From: Tepidisphaera sp.
Lineage (GTDB): Bacteria > Planctomycetota > Phycisphaerae > Phycisphaerales > UBA1924
DNA: 64,000 nt
Direction of reading: 5' to 3'
Assembly: GCA_050916045.1 (NCBI GenBank)
Contig: CP051526.1
Coordinates: 1,728,001 to 1,792,000 of the forward strand
Shown here: positions 19,777-27,965 of the stretch, in pieces
Layout: every line of letters begins with the position of its first letter
Numbering within the stretch: the first letter of the stretch is position 1
Position numbers and translations under genes: made by a program
The notes under the pieces: generated by a model
Told to the model about the DNA's origin: nothing
Databases searched by the model: none
The model's input: only the letters and a program-made list of their open reading frames with translations

Positions 19777-19879
19777 TTTCGCGACCTGAAGATAGACCGT
19801 CCGTCCGGGCCTCGCGGCCGCCGAACGGACCCTGATTTGAATCCGCCGGCCGCTTCCGGCGGGCGGATGAGGTCGCAAA
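19777..19879 (-). ncRNA. Candidate structured RNA (three-way junction) in dnaG leader
   Basis: P1 UUUGCGACCU/AGGUCGCGAA; P2 AUCCGCC-GCCG GAAG CGGC-GGCGGAU; P3 GUCCGUUCGG-GCC GCGA GGC-CCGGACGGAC. GU wobbles and a GNRA loop occur on the minus strand. Confidence 0.35.
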
Positions 19880-19977
19880 GAGGGAAACTCGCGGAGTCGG
19901 TGGCGATCCGGGTGAGCGGCGTGTGGCACGAAGGCCGTTGGCTCGGTGGATCTGTGAATCGCGGTCCCTGCGAATTC

Positions 19978-20006
19978 ACACTAGCACAGAATTCGCCGGG
20001 TGCCCA
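19978..20006 (-). promoter_or_regulatory. Putative dnaG-rpoD promoter
   Basis: Minus strand TGGGCA-17 nt-TAGTGT with extended TG, flanked by the inverted repeat GCGAATTC/GAATTCGC. Confidence 0.4.
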
Positions 20007-20154
20007 CAGAAAGCACCGATTTCTGCGCATTTCGGGGGCTTTCCGACCGTCAGGGTTGGATAACCAACACCCCGGCGGACCGGGCTCCGAAGGTGCCGCG
20101 AACGCCCGGCTTCGAGGGTTGCATCCCGTCCGGATTCCTGCGATGCTGCCCCGC

Positions 20155-20424
20155 ATGGAGCGGCGAGCGGTGATGTTCGTGGGACGGGTGCAGGGGGTCG
20201 GGTTTCGAGCCACCGCCGCTGGCGTGGCCGGGAAGCACCCCGTGACGGGGTGGGTCCGGAATGAGCCCGACGACACCGTCAGGCTTGAGGTCCAGGGCTC
20301 CGTGGCGGCGATCGAGGGCATGCTGGCCGAGCTTCGTGAACGAATGTGGCGGTTCATCGTCAAGGAAGTCGCGTCCGCGATGACGACCGACCCGAGTGAA
20401 GCGGGGTTCCGTATCCGCAGGTGA
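20155..20424 (+). CDS. acyP: Acylphosphatase
   Basis: GRVQGVGFR and TGWVRNEPD motifs; 89 aa. Confidence 0.92.
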   Translation: MERRAVMFVGRVQGVGFRATAAGVAGKHPVTGWVRNEPDDTVRLEVQGSVAAIEGMLAELRERMWRFIVKEVASAMTTDPSEAGFRIRR

Positions 20425-21303
20425 TCAGGGGGCGGCAGCAAGCCGGGCCGCACCGCGGGCCGCGTGAAACCCATCGTGGGCGAGGATCAGTCTCCAGTTG
20501 GGGCGGGCGAGCGACGTCAGCCGATCGGAGATGCGGGCTTTGAGGTCGGGGCCGAGGTGTGCGACCGCGAACGACACGCCGCCGAGGAGCGCGACGACGT
20601 CCGGGCGGTAGATGGCGTGGGCGATGCGGACCATGCGAACCAACACGAGGACCGCCGGATCGTCCGGTGCGAGCGGTGGAAGGTGGGCACCGTCGGCGAT
20701 GCCGAGCCGGGCGTGGAGAGCGGGGGCTCCGAGGTAGGCTTCGGCTGTGCCGAGGCTGCCGTCGCGGGCGATTGGAGTGTCCGCCACGGCACCGACCGCC
20801 ATGGAAAGGTCGATGTGTCCGAGGTGGCCGGATGAGAACCCGGCGTCCGGCGGGCTGACGCGGAGCGGGACGCCATCGTCGAGGACGCAGGCTCCGATCC
20901 CAGTCCCGAGGCTGATCGCGAGCAGGCGGGCACGGATGGCGTGCGCCTGCTGAACGTCGAATGCGGCGGCGTGGGCGTCCGTGACGACCTTTGCACGGGG
21001 CCACGCGGCGGCGGTGCCGAGAAGGCCGTCCAGATCGACGCCGACGAGTTTGGGCAGGTTGACGCTCGCGGTGAGCGTCCGGCGGACGGGGTCGAACAGA
21101 CCGGGCAAGCAGAGCCCCACGCGGTCGGGCGACGGGAGATGCTCGGCGAGCGTGCGGATCTCATTCTCAAGCGTGCCCGCGTCCGGGTTCGCGTAGGGTG
21201 TTCGCGACCGCACCGTCGCGATCGTGCGAGCCCCGCTCCCCGAGATCTCGATCGCCGCGGCTTTCGTGGTCGTTCCGCCGATGTCGATGCCGAGTGCGAT
21301 CAT
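20425..21303 (-). CDS. ROK-family sugar kinase-like protein (lacks Zn-binding cysteines)
   Basis: GIDIGGT, GLCLPG, SVNL, TDAHAAA, LGTGIGA, GHLGH. Confidence 0.85.
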   Translation of the reverse strand: MIALGIDIGGTTTKAAAIEISGSGARTIATVRSRTPYANPDAGTLENEIRTLAEHLPSPDRVGLCLPGLFDPVRRTLTASVNLPKLVGVDLDGLLGTAAAWPRAKVVTDAHAAAFDVQQAHAIRARLLAISLGTGIGACVLDDGVPLRVSPPDAGFSSGHLGHIDLSMAVGAVADTPIARDGSLGTAEAYLGAPALHARLGIADGAHLPPLAPDDPAVLVLVRMVRIAHAIYRPDVVALLGGVSFAVAHLGPDLKARISDRLTSLARPNWRLILAHDGFHAARGAARLAAAP

Positions 21304-21383
21304 GGGAGGTGGCCCGTGGAGAAGGGACAGGCTTCGAGCATGGTTGCAGTGTACCCGCGGGCGGATTTCGGTACCATGCGGGG

Positions 21384-22730
21384 ATGATCATGCGACACAC
21401 TCGGTGGCTGGTAGCGGGTTTGCTCACGTTCGCGACGATGGGCGCGGCCCAAGCCGCCGAACCGGACCGGTACGTCATCGTTCGCGGCGGCACGGTGATC
21501 GCCGTGCCCGGCAAGCCGGCGGCGGCGAACACGACGGTTGTCCTCAAGAATGGCAAGGTCGATGCGGTCGTGCCGGCGGCTCAGGAACCCAAGCCGGAGT
21601 GGCTTCCGAAGGACGCGAAGATCGAGGTGATCGACGCGACGGGCAAGTTCGTGCTTCCGGGTCTGATCGACTGCCACGTCCATCTGACGTCGCTGTACGA
21701 CCAGGGGCAGCGGATGCGGCTGGTCTCCGAGAGCAACTCGCTGGTGACGCTCCGCGCGGCCGAGAACGCCCGCGTCACGCTCGAAGCCGGGTTCACGACC
21801 GTCCGCGACCTGGGAGCCAAAGCTCCCGAGACGATTTTCGCCCTTCGCGACGCGATCAACATGGGGATCGCCAAAGGACCGCGCATCGTCGCGGCCGGGC
21901 ACGCCATCAGCATCACCGGCGGCCACGGGGACGCGACCAGCGGGTTCCGGTCCGACGTCTGGGACCTTGAAGCCCGCGGCGAGGGGATCGCCGACGGGCC
22001 CGATGCGTGCATGAAAGCCGTGCGGACGCAGATCAAGCAGGGGGCGGATGTCATCAAGCTGACCGCGACGGGCGGCGTGCTTTCGGCGAGCGCGGCGGGC
22101 CTCAGGCAGCATTTCACACAGGAAGAGCTGAACGCGATCGTGACCGCGGCCCACATGATGTCGCGGAAGGTCGCGGCCCACGCTCACGGGACCGACGGGA
22201 TCAAAGCGGCGCTCAAAGCCGGGGTCGATTCGATCGAGCACGGGACATTCCTTGACGATCAGACCATCGACATGCTCAAGACGAGCGCGGCGGAGGGCAC
22301 CAAGCAGTACCTCGTTCCGACCATGCTCGCGGCCCAGACCGTCGCGGAAAACGCGGAGAAGCCCGGGTACTACATGGCCATGGTCGCCGCCAAAGCCCGC
22401 ATTGTCGGACCCCGGCTCAAGGAATCCGTGAAGAAAGCCCACGCGGCGGGGGTGCTCATCGCGTTCGGGACCGACTGCGGCGTCAGCGAGCACGGCATCA
22501 ACGCCCGCGAGTTCGCCCTGATGGTTGATGCGGGGATGTCCCCGACGGAGACGCTCGTCGCGGCGACGGTCACCGCGGCGGACCTGCTCGGCTTGTCGGA
22601 AGAAATAGGCACGCTCGAACCCGGCAAAGCCGGCGACCTGATCATCGTCGCGTCCGACCCGACGAAGGATGTCGCGACGCTCACGGATGTGAAGGTTGTG
22701 GTGAAGGGCGGGGAAGTGGTGAAGAAGTGA
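21384..22730 (+). CDS. Secreted amidohydrolase (Xaa-Pro dipeptidase-like)
   Basis: Signal peptide; PGLIDCHVH, GFTTVRDLG, IKLTATGG, AHAHG, SIEHG, FGTD. Confidence 0.9.
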   Translation: MIMRHTRWLVAGLLTFATMGAAQAAEPDRYVIVRGGTVIAVPGKPAAANTTVVLKNGKVDAVVPAAQEPKPEWLPKDAKIEVIDATGKFVLPGLIDCHVHLTSLYDQGQRMRLVSESNSLVTLRAAENARVTLEAGFTTVRDLGAKAPETIFALRDAINMGIAKGPRIVAAGHAISITGGHGDATSGFRSDVWDLEARGEGIADGPDACMKAVRTQIKQGADVIKLTATGGVLSASAAGLRQHFTQEELNAIVTAAHMMSRKVAAHAHGTDGIKAALKAGVDSIEHGTFLDDQTIDMLKTSAAEGTKQYLVPTMLAAQTVAENAEKPGYYMAMVAAKARIVGPRLKESVKKAHAAGVLIAFGTDCGVSEHGINAREFALMVDAGMSPTETLVAATVTAADLLGLSEEIGTLEPGKAGDLIIVASDPTKDVATLTDVKVVVKGGEVVKK

Positions 22731-22788
22731 GCGAGCCCTGAGAATGCAACGAGACGCGCCTCATTCGACGTGCGTCACGCAACGCGCC

Positions 22789-23394
22789 TCACGAGCCAGC
22801 GTGGTGTCGAACCGAACCTTCGCGCTTGACGCCGCATTCCGGGCAGGGGCGATCATTCAGCTGATCCGAGAAGTCGTACCCGCAAGCGGGACAATGTCCC
22901 ACCCGTGATCTCCGCTTTGCGATGAATCCGGATCGAAAGAAGGCGAGCGAAAGTCCGATGGTGACGACAATCGGCGGTCAAAGCGCGATTGTTCCGCTGA
23001 CTTCCCAGACCCCGGACACGTGGGGCGGAAAGCCGCGACTCGAAGTCGGCATGTAGGTGCCGTTGGCGTCGATCACGATCTCGCACATCCACGGGATCCG
23101 AATCCGCCGCTGCGCAACGGCGAGTGCAACCGGCGCAATCTCGAATCGAAGCGTCCGATGGGTTTCAGGCAAAAGCTCGGAATACCGACCTTGGTACGAA
23201 GTCTCACGGCCCGGTGCTTGAACCGCTTGCACGAAGAGCTGGCCGCCGGAGATCTGGGGCTGGCACTCAAAGCCGTAGAAATCGAAAAAGACGACCGTCC
23301 AGTACCAACGCGTCCAGAGAAACGCGCCGGCCATCGCAAGCGTCATGGACGCAAGGCCGATCCCGAGCCCCTTTCGCGTTCGTCCGCGTGCCAA
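22789..23394 (-). pseudogene. Zn-ribbon membrane protein paralog 3, interrupted by in-frame TGA at 22978-22980
   Basis: Same frame after the TGA reads PPIVVTIGLSLAFFRSGFIAKRRSRVGHCPACGYDFSDQLNDRPCPECGVKR..., matching the paralogs. The TGA aligns with W of VVLWP. Confidence 0.85.
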
Positions 23395-23398
23395 GGCG

Positions 23399-24004
23399 TT
23401 ACCCTCCGGCTTTCACGGGCCTCGCTTTGCCGCATTCCGGGCAGGCCTGGCCCGCGAGAGTCGCTCGGAGGTCATAGCCGCAGGCGCCGCAGCCGCCTCG
23501 TCCCGCCCGAACTCTCGCTCTACGCGAAAATCCAAGAGTCACCGCGCCAAGGGCGAACGTACAGATCACCACCGGCCAGAGCACGACGGAGGCGCAGAAC
23601 ATCCCATAAGGCTGGCGAATTCCTGAACCGGGCGAGGTGAGGCCTACGTCGATGTGCTGGGAATCGTAACACGTCCAAACGAGTCGTTGAAAGCTCCACT
23701 GACGCTGGCCCGGAGAAAGCACCATCGATCCAGAATCCGACGGTAGAAACCACAAAATCTCAGCAGATTCAAGGTTGCCGAGATGGATGTCCGGCCAGTT
23801 AAAGAGCTTGTCTGAGATGTGCCGTCCATCGATGTCGAAGTAAAGCACACCACGTTCGAAGATCAGATTGACTGGATGCGAACCGACACCGGTCGTTATC
23901 CAGCAACTCTTCCAGCGTGTCGCTACTAGGCCGGCGATCATGACGCACGCGATGAGCCAAAGCGCAAGGCCGAGTCGCAGTCGCTTTCGTCCGATGAGAG
24001 TCAT
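23399..24004 (-). CDS. Zn-ribbon membrane protein paralog 2 (2 TM, C-terminal CxxCGYDLR..CPECG)
   Basis: ATG 24004 overlaps the upstream TGA (ATGA). N-terminal TM, VVLWP TM, CGACGYDLRATLAGQACPECG. Confidence 0.85.
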   Translation of the reverse strand: MTLIGRKRLRLGLALWLIACVMIAGLVATRWKSCWITTGVGSHPVNLIFERGVLYFDIDGRHISDKLFNWPDIHLGNLESAEILWFLPSDSGSMVLSPGQRQWSFQRLVWTCYDSQHIDVGLTSPGSGIRQPYGMFCASVVLWPVVICTFALGAVTLGFSRRARVRAGRGGCGACGYDLRATLAGQACPECGKARPVKAGG

Positions 24005-24558
24005 GGTTGAAGACCTCGAGATTGTGATGACGCCTCTCCACACTCCGGGCAAAGCTTCGCGGAGGGCGTGGAGCGAAGGTCATAGCCGCACGCGAGGCAC
24101 GAGACCTTTGCGGCGTGAAGTCTCGCACGGACGCCGGCGCGACGAACGAAGAACGCCGACGCGAGAATCGACGTCGCGAAAGGCCAGAGCACGACCTGTC
24201 CAACAGCGGTCTTGTCCGTAACTCGCACGTACGCCAATCGCAAAAGGCCAAACTCCAACGATTCGTCGCTCCGCGAACCAATGGGCGGGTAGGGCGGGGG
24301 GAGACGCCAGACGAACGACGGCTCGGCGGGCGCGAGGTTGTGGATCTTGTACGAAGGCTTCTCGCCCGACGGGAGAGAAGGAACGCCGCCGTTGAACCAG
24401 ATCTCGCCGCGTTCAAGGCCCGCTTCGCCAGTCAGAACATCGGACCTGACCGAAACATGAACCCACCGCCAGCGTGACAGTGCGGTGACGCCTGCGACGG
24501 CGACTCCGAAGGCGAGCAGCACGGTTCCGAGCTGGATTCTGTGCTTGCCGCGTGCCAT
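24001..24558 (-). CDS. Zn-ribbon membrane protein paralog 1
   Basis: MARGKHRIQLG TM, VVLWPF TM, CLACGYDLRSTPSAKLCPECG. Confidence 0.85.
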   Translation of the reverse strand: MARGKHRIQLGTVLLAFGVAVAGVTALSRWRWVHVSVRSDVLTGEAGLERGEIWFNGGVPSLPSGEKPSYKIHNLAPAEPSFVWRLPPPYPPIGSRSDESLEFGLLRLAYVRVTDKTAVGQVVLWPFATSILASAFFVRRAGVRARLHAAKVSCLACGYDLRSTPSAKLCPECGEASSQSRGLQP

Positions 24559-24589
24559 AGGCGTTCAGTGTGCCGAAGACTGCTCTGGT

Positions 24590-26338
24590 TCACGCTTTCT
24601 TAGGCCGCAGGGCTTCTGGCACGAATTCCAGGTCGCTCGCTTCGCGGACCGCGATGTCGATCTGGAACTGCATGACTTCCGGCGCAACCGGCGGCTGGTA
24701 GTCCGCCAAAGCATCCCGCAACGCGGCTTCGAGAGCCAGGCCCGGCGTCGTCTTGACGGTTCGGTAGAGCTTGACCGCGAGGGCCTCCGCTGCGCCCGGC
24801 GTGAGGCGGAGCGGGATGAGCGGCTCAAGGTCATCCGGGTGCTGTTTGTCCAGAGCGAGGCCCCGCTTCTTCGACAAAGCCCGGATCAGGCCCCAGCTTT
24901 CCGCCGGCGTCGTCGTCGGCAGAAGCGGGATCTTGACATCGACGCGGCCCGGCCGCTTGAGGTCGACCTCGATCAGGTCCGGGCGGCTGCTCGCGAGGAT
25001 CCACATGATCTTGCCGCGGTTGCGGGTGTTGCTCATCTCCTCGGCGAACATGGAGTAGACGCGCCCGCCGACGCCGCTGTCGCCCGATTCCGCCTGCCGC
25101 TTGCCGAGTGCCTGGTCGGCTTCATCGACGAAGACGACGCAGCGGCCGAGGGCTTTGAGCAGGCGGAAGATCGTTTCGAGGTTCGCTTCCGTCGAGCCCA
25201 CCCAGCGGTCGCGGAAGTTCTTGAGCTTGACGACCGGCACGCCCGCCGAGCCCGCCAAGCACTCGACCATGTACGTCTTGCCCGTGCCGACGGGCCCGCA
25301 GATGAGGTACCCCATCGGCAGAGCCGCGAGGTCGTTGTTCTTCCACAGGGCGATGTCCTGCTTGAGGTGCTCCTTGACCTTCTCCATCCCGTGGATGTCG
25401 TCGAGCGTGCGGTCGGGCTTGATGAACTCGATCAGGCCACCCGTGTCCTTCTCGATCATCTGCTTTTTGATGTCGGTGAGGTCGCTGTCCGCGATGGGCT
25501 GCTTCAGGTGCTGCCGCGTCTTGAGCATCGACTCGACGGCGCTGACGGTCGTGCCGGAAAGAGCCGCCGCGAGCTTGCCCAGGTCCTTGCCGAGTTCGCC
25601 GAGCGCCGCTTGGAACGTCGGCGCGAGGTGTTTGAGCGTCCGCTCAAGCTCTTCCGGCGTCGGAAGTGGGACCACCATCCGGGCCGTCCGCGGGTTGTTC
25701 ACGAGCAACGGGTGCAGGTCCGCCACGTTGTCCGTCAGCAGGAACGTCGCCAGCGGATGGCCGGTCAGGAGCGGTTCATTCGCCCATTCACGCAGGTGCA
25801 TCGCGAGGGCGGAGAGGTTGTAATCGGTCGAGCCGCGCACGGCGGGGGCGATGAGGGCCGCGGACTTGATGAAGACCGCCGCGTGGATCGGTTTCTGGCC
25901 CATCAGCCGCAGGTTGGCGATGTATCGCAGGTAGCCGGTGAGGAACTCGACCGCGAGGCGCGGCTCGCGTGGGACGTTCGGAGCGGCTTTGAACGTCGGC
26001 CACTGGCTGAAAAGCTCCCCGCCCTTCTCGACGCGGATGCCGTTGCCCAGGTCGTAATGGATGACAACGTCAAACCGCGGTAGGAGGGTCGCGGTGATGA
26101 AATCCGTGAGCGTGCCGAGGCGTGGCTTGTCTTCCGGCTTGCCCCCGTTCGTCGTCGCGGCGCTGGGCACCGTCACGAGCGACAGGTCCATCACGTTGCC
26201 CGAGATGATGAACTGGCTGGAAGCGTGCGATTCGTACTGCGTCACGAGGTCGCGTGCCCACTGCGGGAGCGGAGCCTGCGCGATGTCGGCGGTCGTCGCG
26301 GGGCCGGCGTTCGGGGTGGATGGAGTCGCGTCGGGCAT
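24590..26338 (-). CDS. Classical-clade AAA+ ATPase with long N-terminal (probably degenerate AAA) domain
   Basis: Walker A GPVGTGKT, pore loop RDRWVGSTE, Walker B VFVDEAD, SRH SSRPDLIEVDLKRPGRVD. Confidence 0.92.
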   Translation of the reverse strand: MPDATPSTPNAGPATTADIAQAPLPQWARDLVTQYESHASSQFIISGNVMDLSLVTVPSAATTNGGKPEDKPRLGTLTDFITATLLPRFDVVIHYDLGNGIRVEKGGELFSQWPTFKAAPNVPREPRLAVEFLTGYLRYIANLRLMGQKPIHAAVFIKSAALIAPAVRGSTDYNLSALAMHLREWANEPLLTGHPLATFLLTDNVADLHPLLVNNPRTARMVVPLPTPEELERTLKHLAPTFQAALGELGKDLGKLAAALSGTTVSAVESMLKTRQHLKQPIADSDLTDIKKQMIEKDTGGLIEFIKPDRTLDDIHGMEKVKEHLKQDIALWKNNDLAALPMGYLICGPVGTGKTYMVECLAGSAGVPVVKLKNFRDRWVGSTEANLETIFRLLKALGRCVVFVDEADQALGKRQAESGDSGVGGRVYSMFAEEMSNTRNRGKIMWILASSRPDLIEVDLKRPGRVDVKIPLLPTTTPAESWGLIRALSKKRGLALDKQHPDDLEPLIPLRLTPGAAEALAVKLYRTVKTTPGLALEAALRDALADYQPPVAPEVMQFQIDIAVREASDLEFVPEALRPKKA

Positions 26339-26347
26339 GATTGGTCC

Positions 26348-27142
26348 TCAGTTTCGCGAGCGGACAAGGTCGTCGTCGAGATCGATGCTCCCGGTGCTGT
26401 TGCCGAAGAGCCGGGCATCGAGCATCTGGCTTGCAAGCTCGATCCTTGTCGAGACGGCTACGGGCTTGCCGCGGAGCGAGGCTTCGTCGAGCGCAAGCTC
26501 GACCTGGGTGCGGATGCGCTGGAGGTCGCTAGTGATCTCGCTGATCGCGACCTCGCGTTGTTCGGCCACGCTCAGCCGCTTTCGGAGCAGTTCGAGGGTC
26601 GCGGTCCTGGACTTGCGGACCGTGTCCGTGAGCGTCTCGGAGCGAAGCTCGAGTTCCACCGCGTCGATCGAGGCGCGAATTCGTGTGGCGGCCGAGCCCG
26701 CCGCGGCCTGGAACAGGCGCTGCTTCTGGTGGAGGAGGCGGACCGAGAGCCCCCGGAGCTTGTCCAACGCTTCGGCCGTCGTGCGCATCTCGGTGTCGTC
26801 CGCGCCCTGTTCGCGGTAGAGCGTGAGCACCTCCTGGCACTTGAGTCGAAGCTCGTCCAAGGCCCGGCGCGAGTCGGCGTCGAGCTGGGCTTCGAGTTCG
26901 CTCGTCGCGAGGGACGGCTCTCCGCGGTTGCCCGCCGCCGCGTCGATCACCGTGCGGAACCGCGGGCTGCTGGCGAGGCCGAAGGTAAGCCCACCGATCA
27001 CGCCCACGCCGAGAAGCCAGATGGCGGGGTGGATCAGCCCGAGAATGGCGAAAGCGCCCGCGCCCAGGGCGATGAGTGGCACGTCGCCCAGCCCCGCGAT
27101 CCGCGGTCGTGCCCAGAACGCGGCTTTGACGTATTTGAGCAT
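26348..27142 (-). CDS. 2-TM membrane protein with C-terminal coiled-coil
   Basis: Hydrophobic hairpin at residues ~22-57 followed by long heptad-rich helices. In operon with 9-19 bp gaps. Confidence 0.85.
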   Translation of the reverse strand: MLKYVKAAFWARPRIAGLGDVPLIALGAGAFAILGLIHPAIWLLGVGVIGGLTFGLASSPRFRTVIDAAAGNRGEPSLATSELEAQLDADSRRALDELRLKCQEVLTLYREQGADDTEMRTTAEALDKLRGLSVRLLHQKQRLFQAAAGSAATRIRASIDAVELELRSETLTDTVRKSRTATLELLRKRLSVAEQREVAISEITSDLQRIRTQVELALDEASLRGKPVAVSTRIELASQMLDARLFGNSTGSIDLDDDLVRSRN

Positions 27143-27161
27143 GCTGGGGTCGGTGGAGGAC

Positions 27162-27908
27162 TTAGTTCTTCACTTCGCCGTTGCCCATCGTGCGGGTGGC
27201 GTCGGCGACGGGCGCGGCGGAGTTGCCGGGGAGCGCGATCCCTTCGGCGGCGGCGAAGTCGGCGAGCGCCTGGTCGGCAAGGGCGGTTTGCTCGGCTTCC
27301 TTGAGACGGATCTCGCCCATGCTCATCGAGTCCTGAGCCACGCGGACGCGGCCGGCGGCTTTCTGGCGGTCCTCCTCGACCATGTTGTGCAGCCGATCCA
27401 GCGTGTCGCCCGAGCCGCCGATCTTCGTGACCATCCCGGAAGCCATCTCCGTGAGCTCGGCCATCGCTTTCTTGACTTTGAGGTCGTCCAGGCCGCGGCG
27501 GAGGGACTCGATCTTGGCCTGGGCCGCCGCGATGGAGACGTCTCGGGCCTTGAGGAGGTCCTTGTACGTCGTCTCGGCCTGCTCAAGCTGGACCTGATTC
27601 TCCGTCAGTTCACGCTCGATCGTCTGAAGCTGCAGAGCGTACTGGGCCGCCGCGGCGCGGTTGCCGACCTTGAGGTTGGCGGACGTCTTGGCCCGCAGCT
27701 CCTGCTGGTCCTTCTGGAGCTTCTTGACCTGCGTCATCAGACGCTCACAGAGGCCCGCATGGCTGGCCAAGCCCTGGTTGTACTGCCCGATCTGCTTCCG
27801 CAGATTCTCCTTCTCCACTTCCAGAAGAGCCTCGGGATTCTGCCGCTCGATTCCCGAGATGAACAGGCTGAGAAACCCTTTGATGAGGTTGGCGATGCGC
27901 TGAAACAT
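27162..27908 (-). CDS. PspA/IM30 (Vipp1, ESCRT-III superfamily) protein
   Basis: N-terminal amphipathic helix MFQRIANLIKGFLSLFISGIE, then NPEALLE (cf. PspA DPEK) and a long coiled coil; ~248 aa; GGAG RBS. Confidence 0.85.
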   Translation of the reverse strand: MFQRIANLIKGFLSLFISGIERQNPEALLEVEKENLRKQIGQYNQGLASHAGLCERLMTQVKKLQKDQQELRAKTSANLKVGNRAAAAQYALQLQTIERELTENQVQLEQAETTYKDLLKARDVSIAAAQAKIESLRRGLDDLKVKKAMAELTEMASGMVTKIGGSGDTLDRLHNMVEEDRQKAAGRVRVAQDSMSMGEIRLKEAEQTALADQALADFAAAEGIALPGNSAAPVADATRTMGNGEVKN

Positions 27909-27965
27909 GTCGATCTCCAAAGGCCCTTTGTCGGGCGGTGGGTGAGCGTAGGGGGGCGTCTTCTT

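Noticed and set aside
22754..22795. Three 14-bp degenerate repeats (acgcgcctca-like), and three 12-bp repeats at 15575-15610
   Set aside because: Too short and degenerate in GC-rich DNA to support a functional claim.
22978..22980. Genetic code 4 (TGA=Trp) or selenocysteine
   Set aside because: Many genes here end in TGA (argR, argC, argB, argF, argH) and Trp is TGG elsewhere. The position aligns with Trp, not Cys, and I saw no convincing SECIS.
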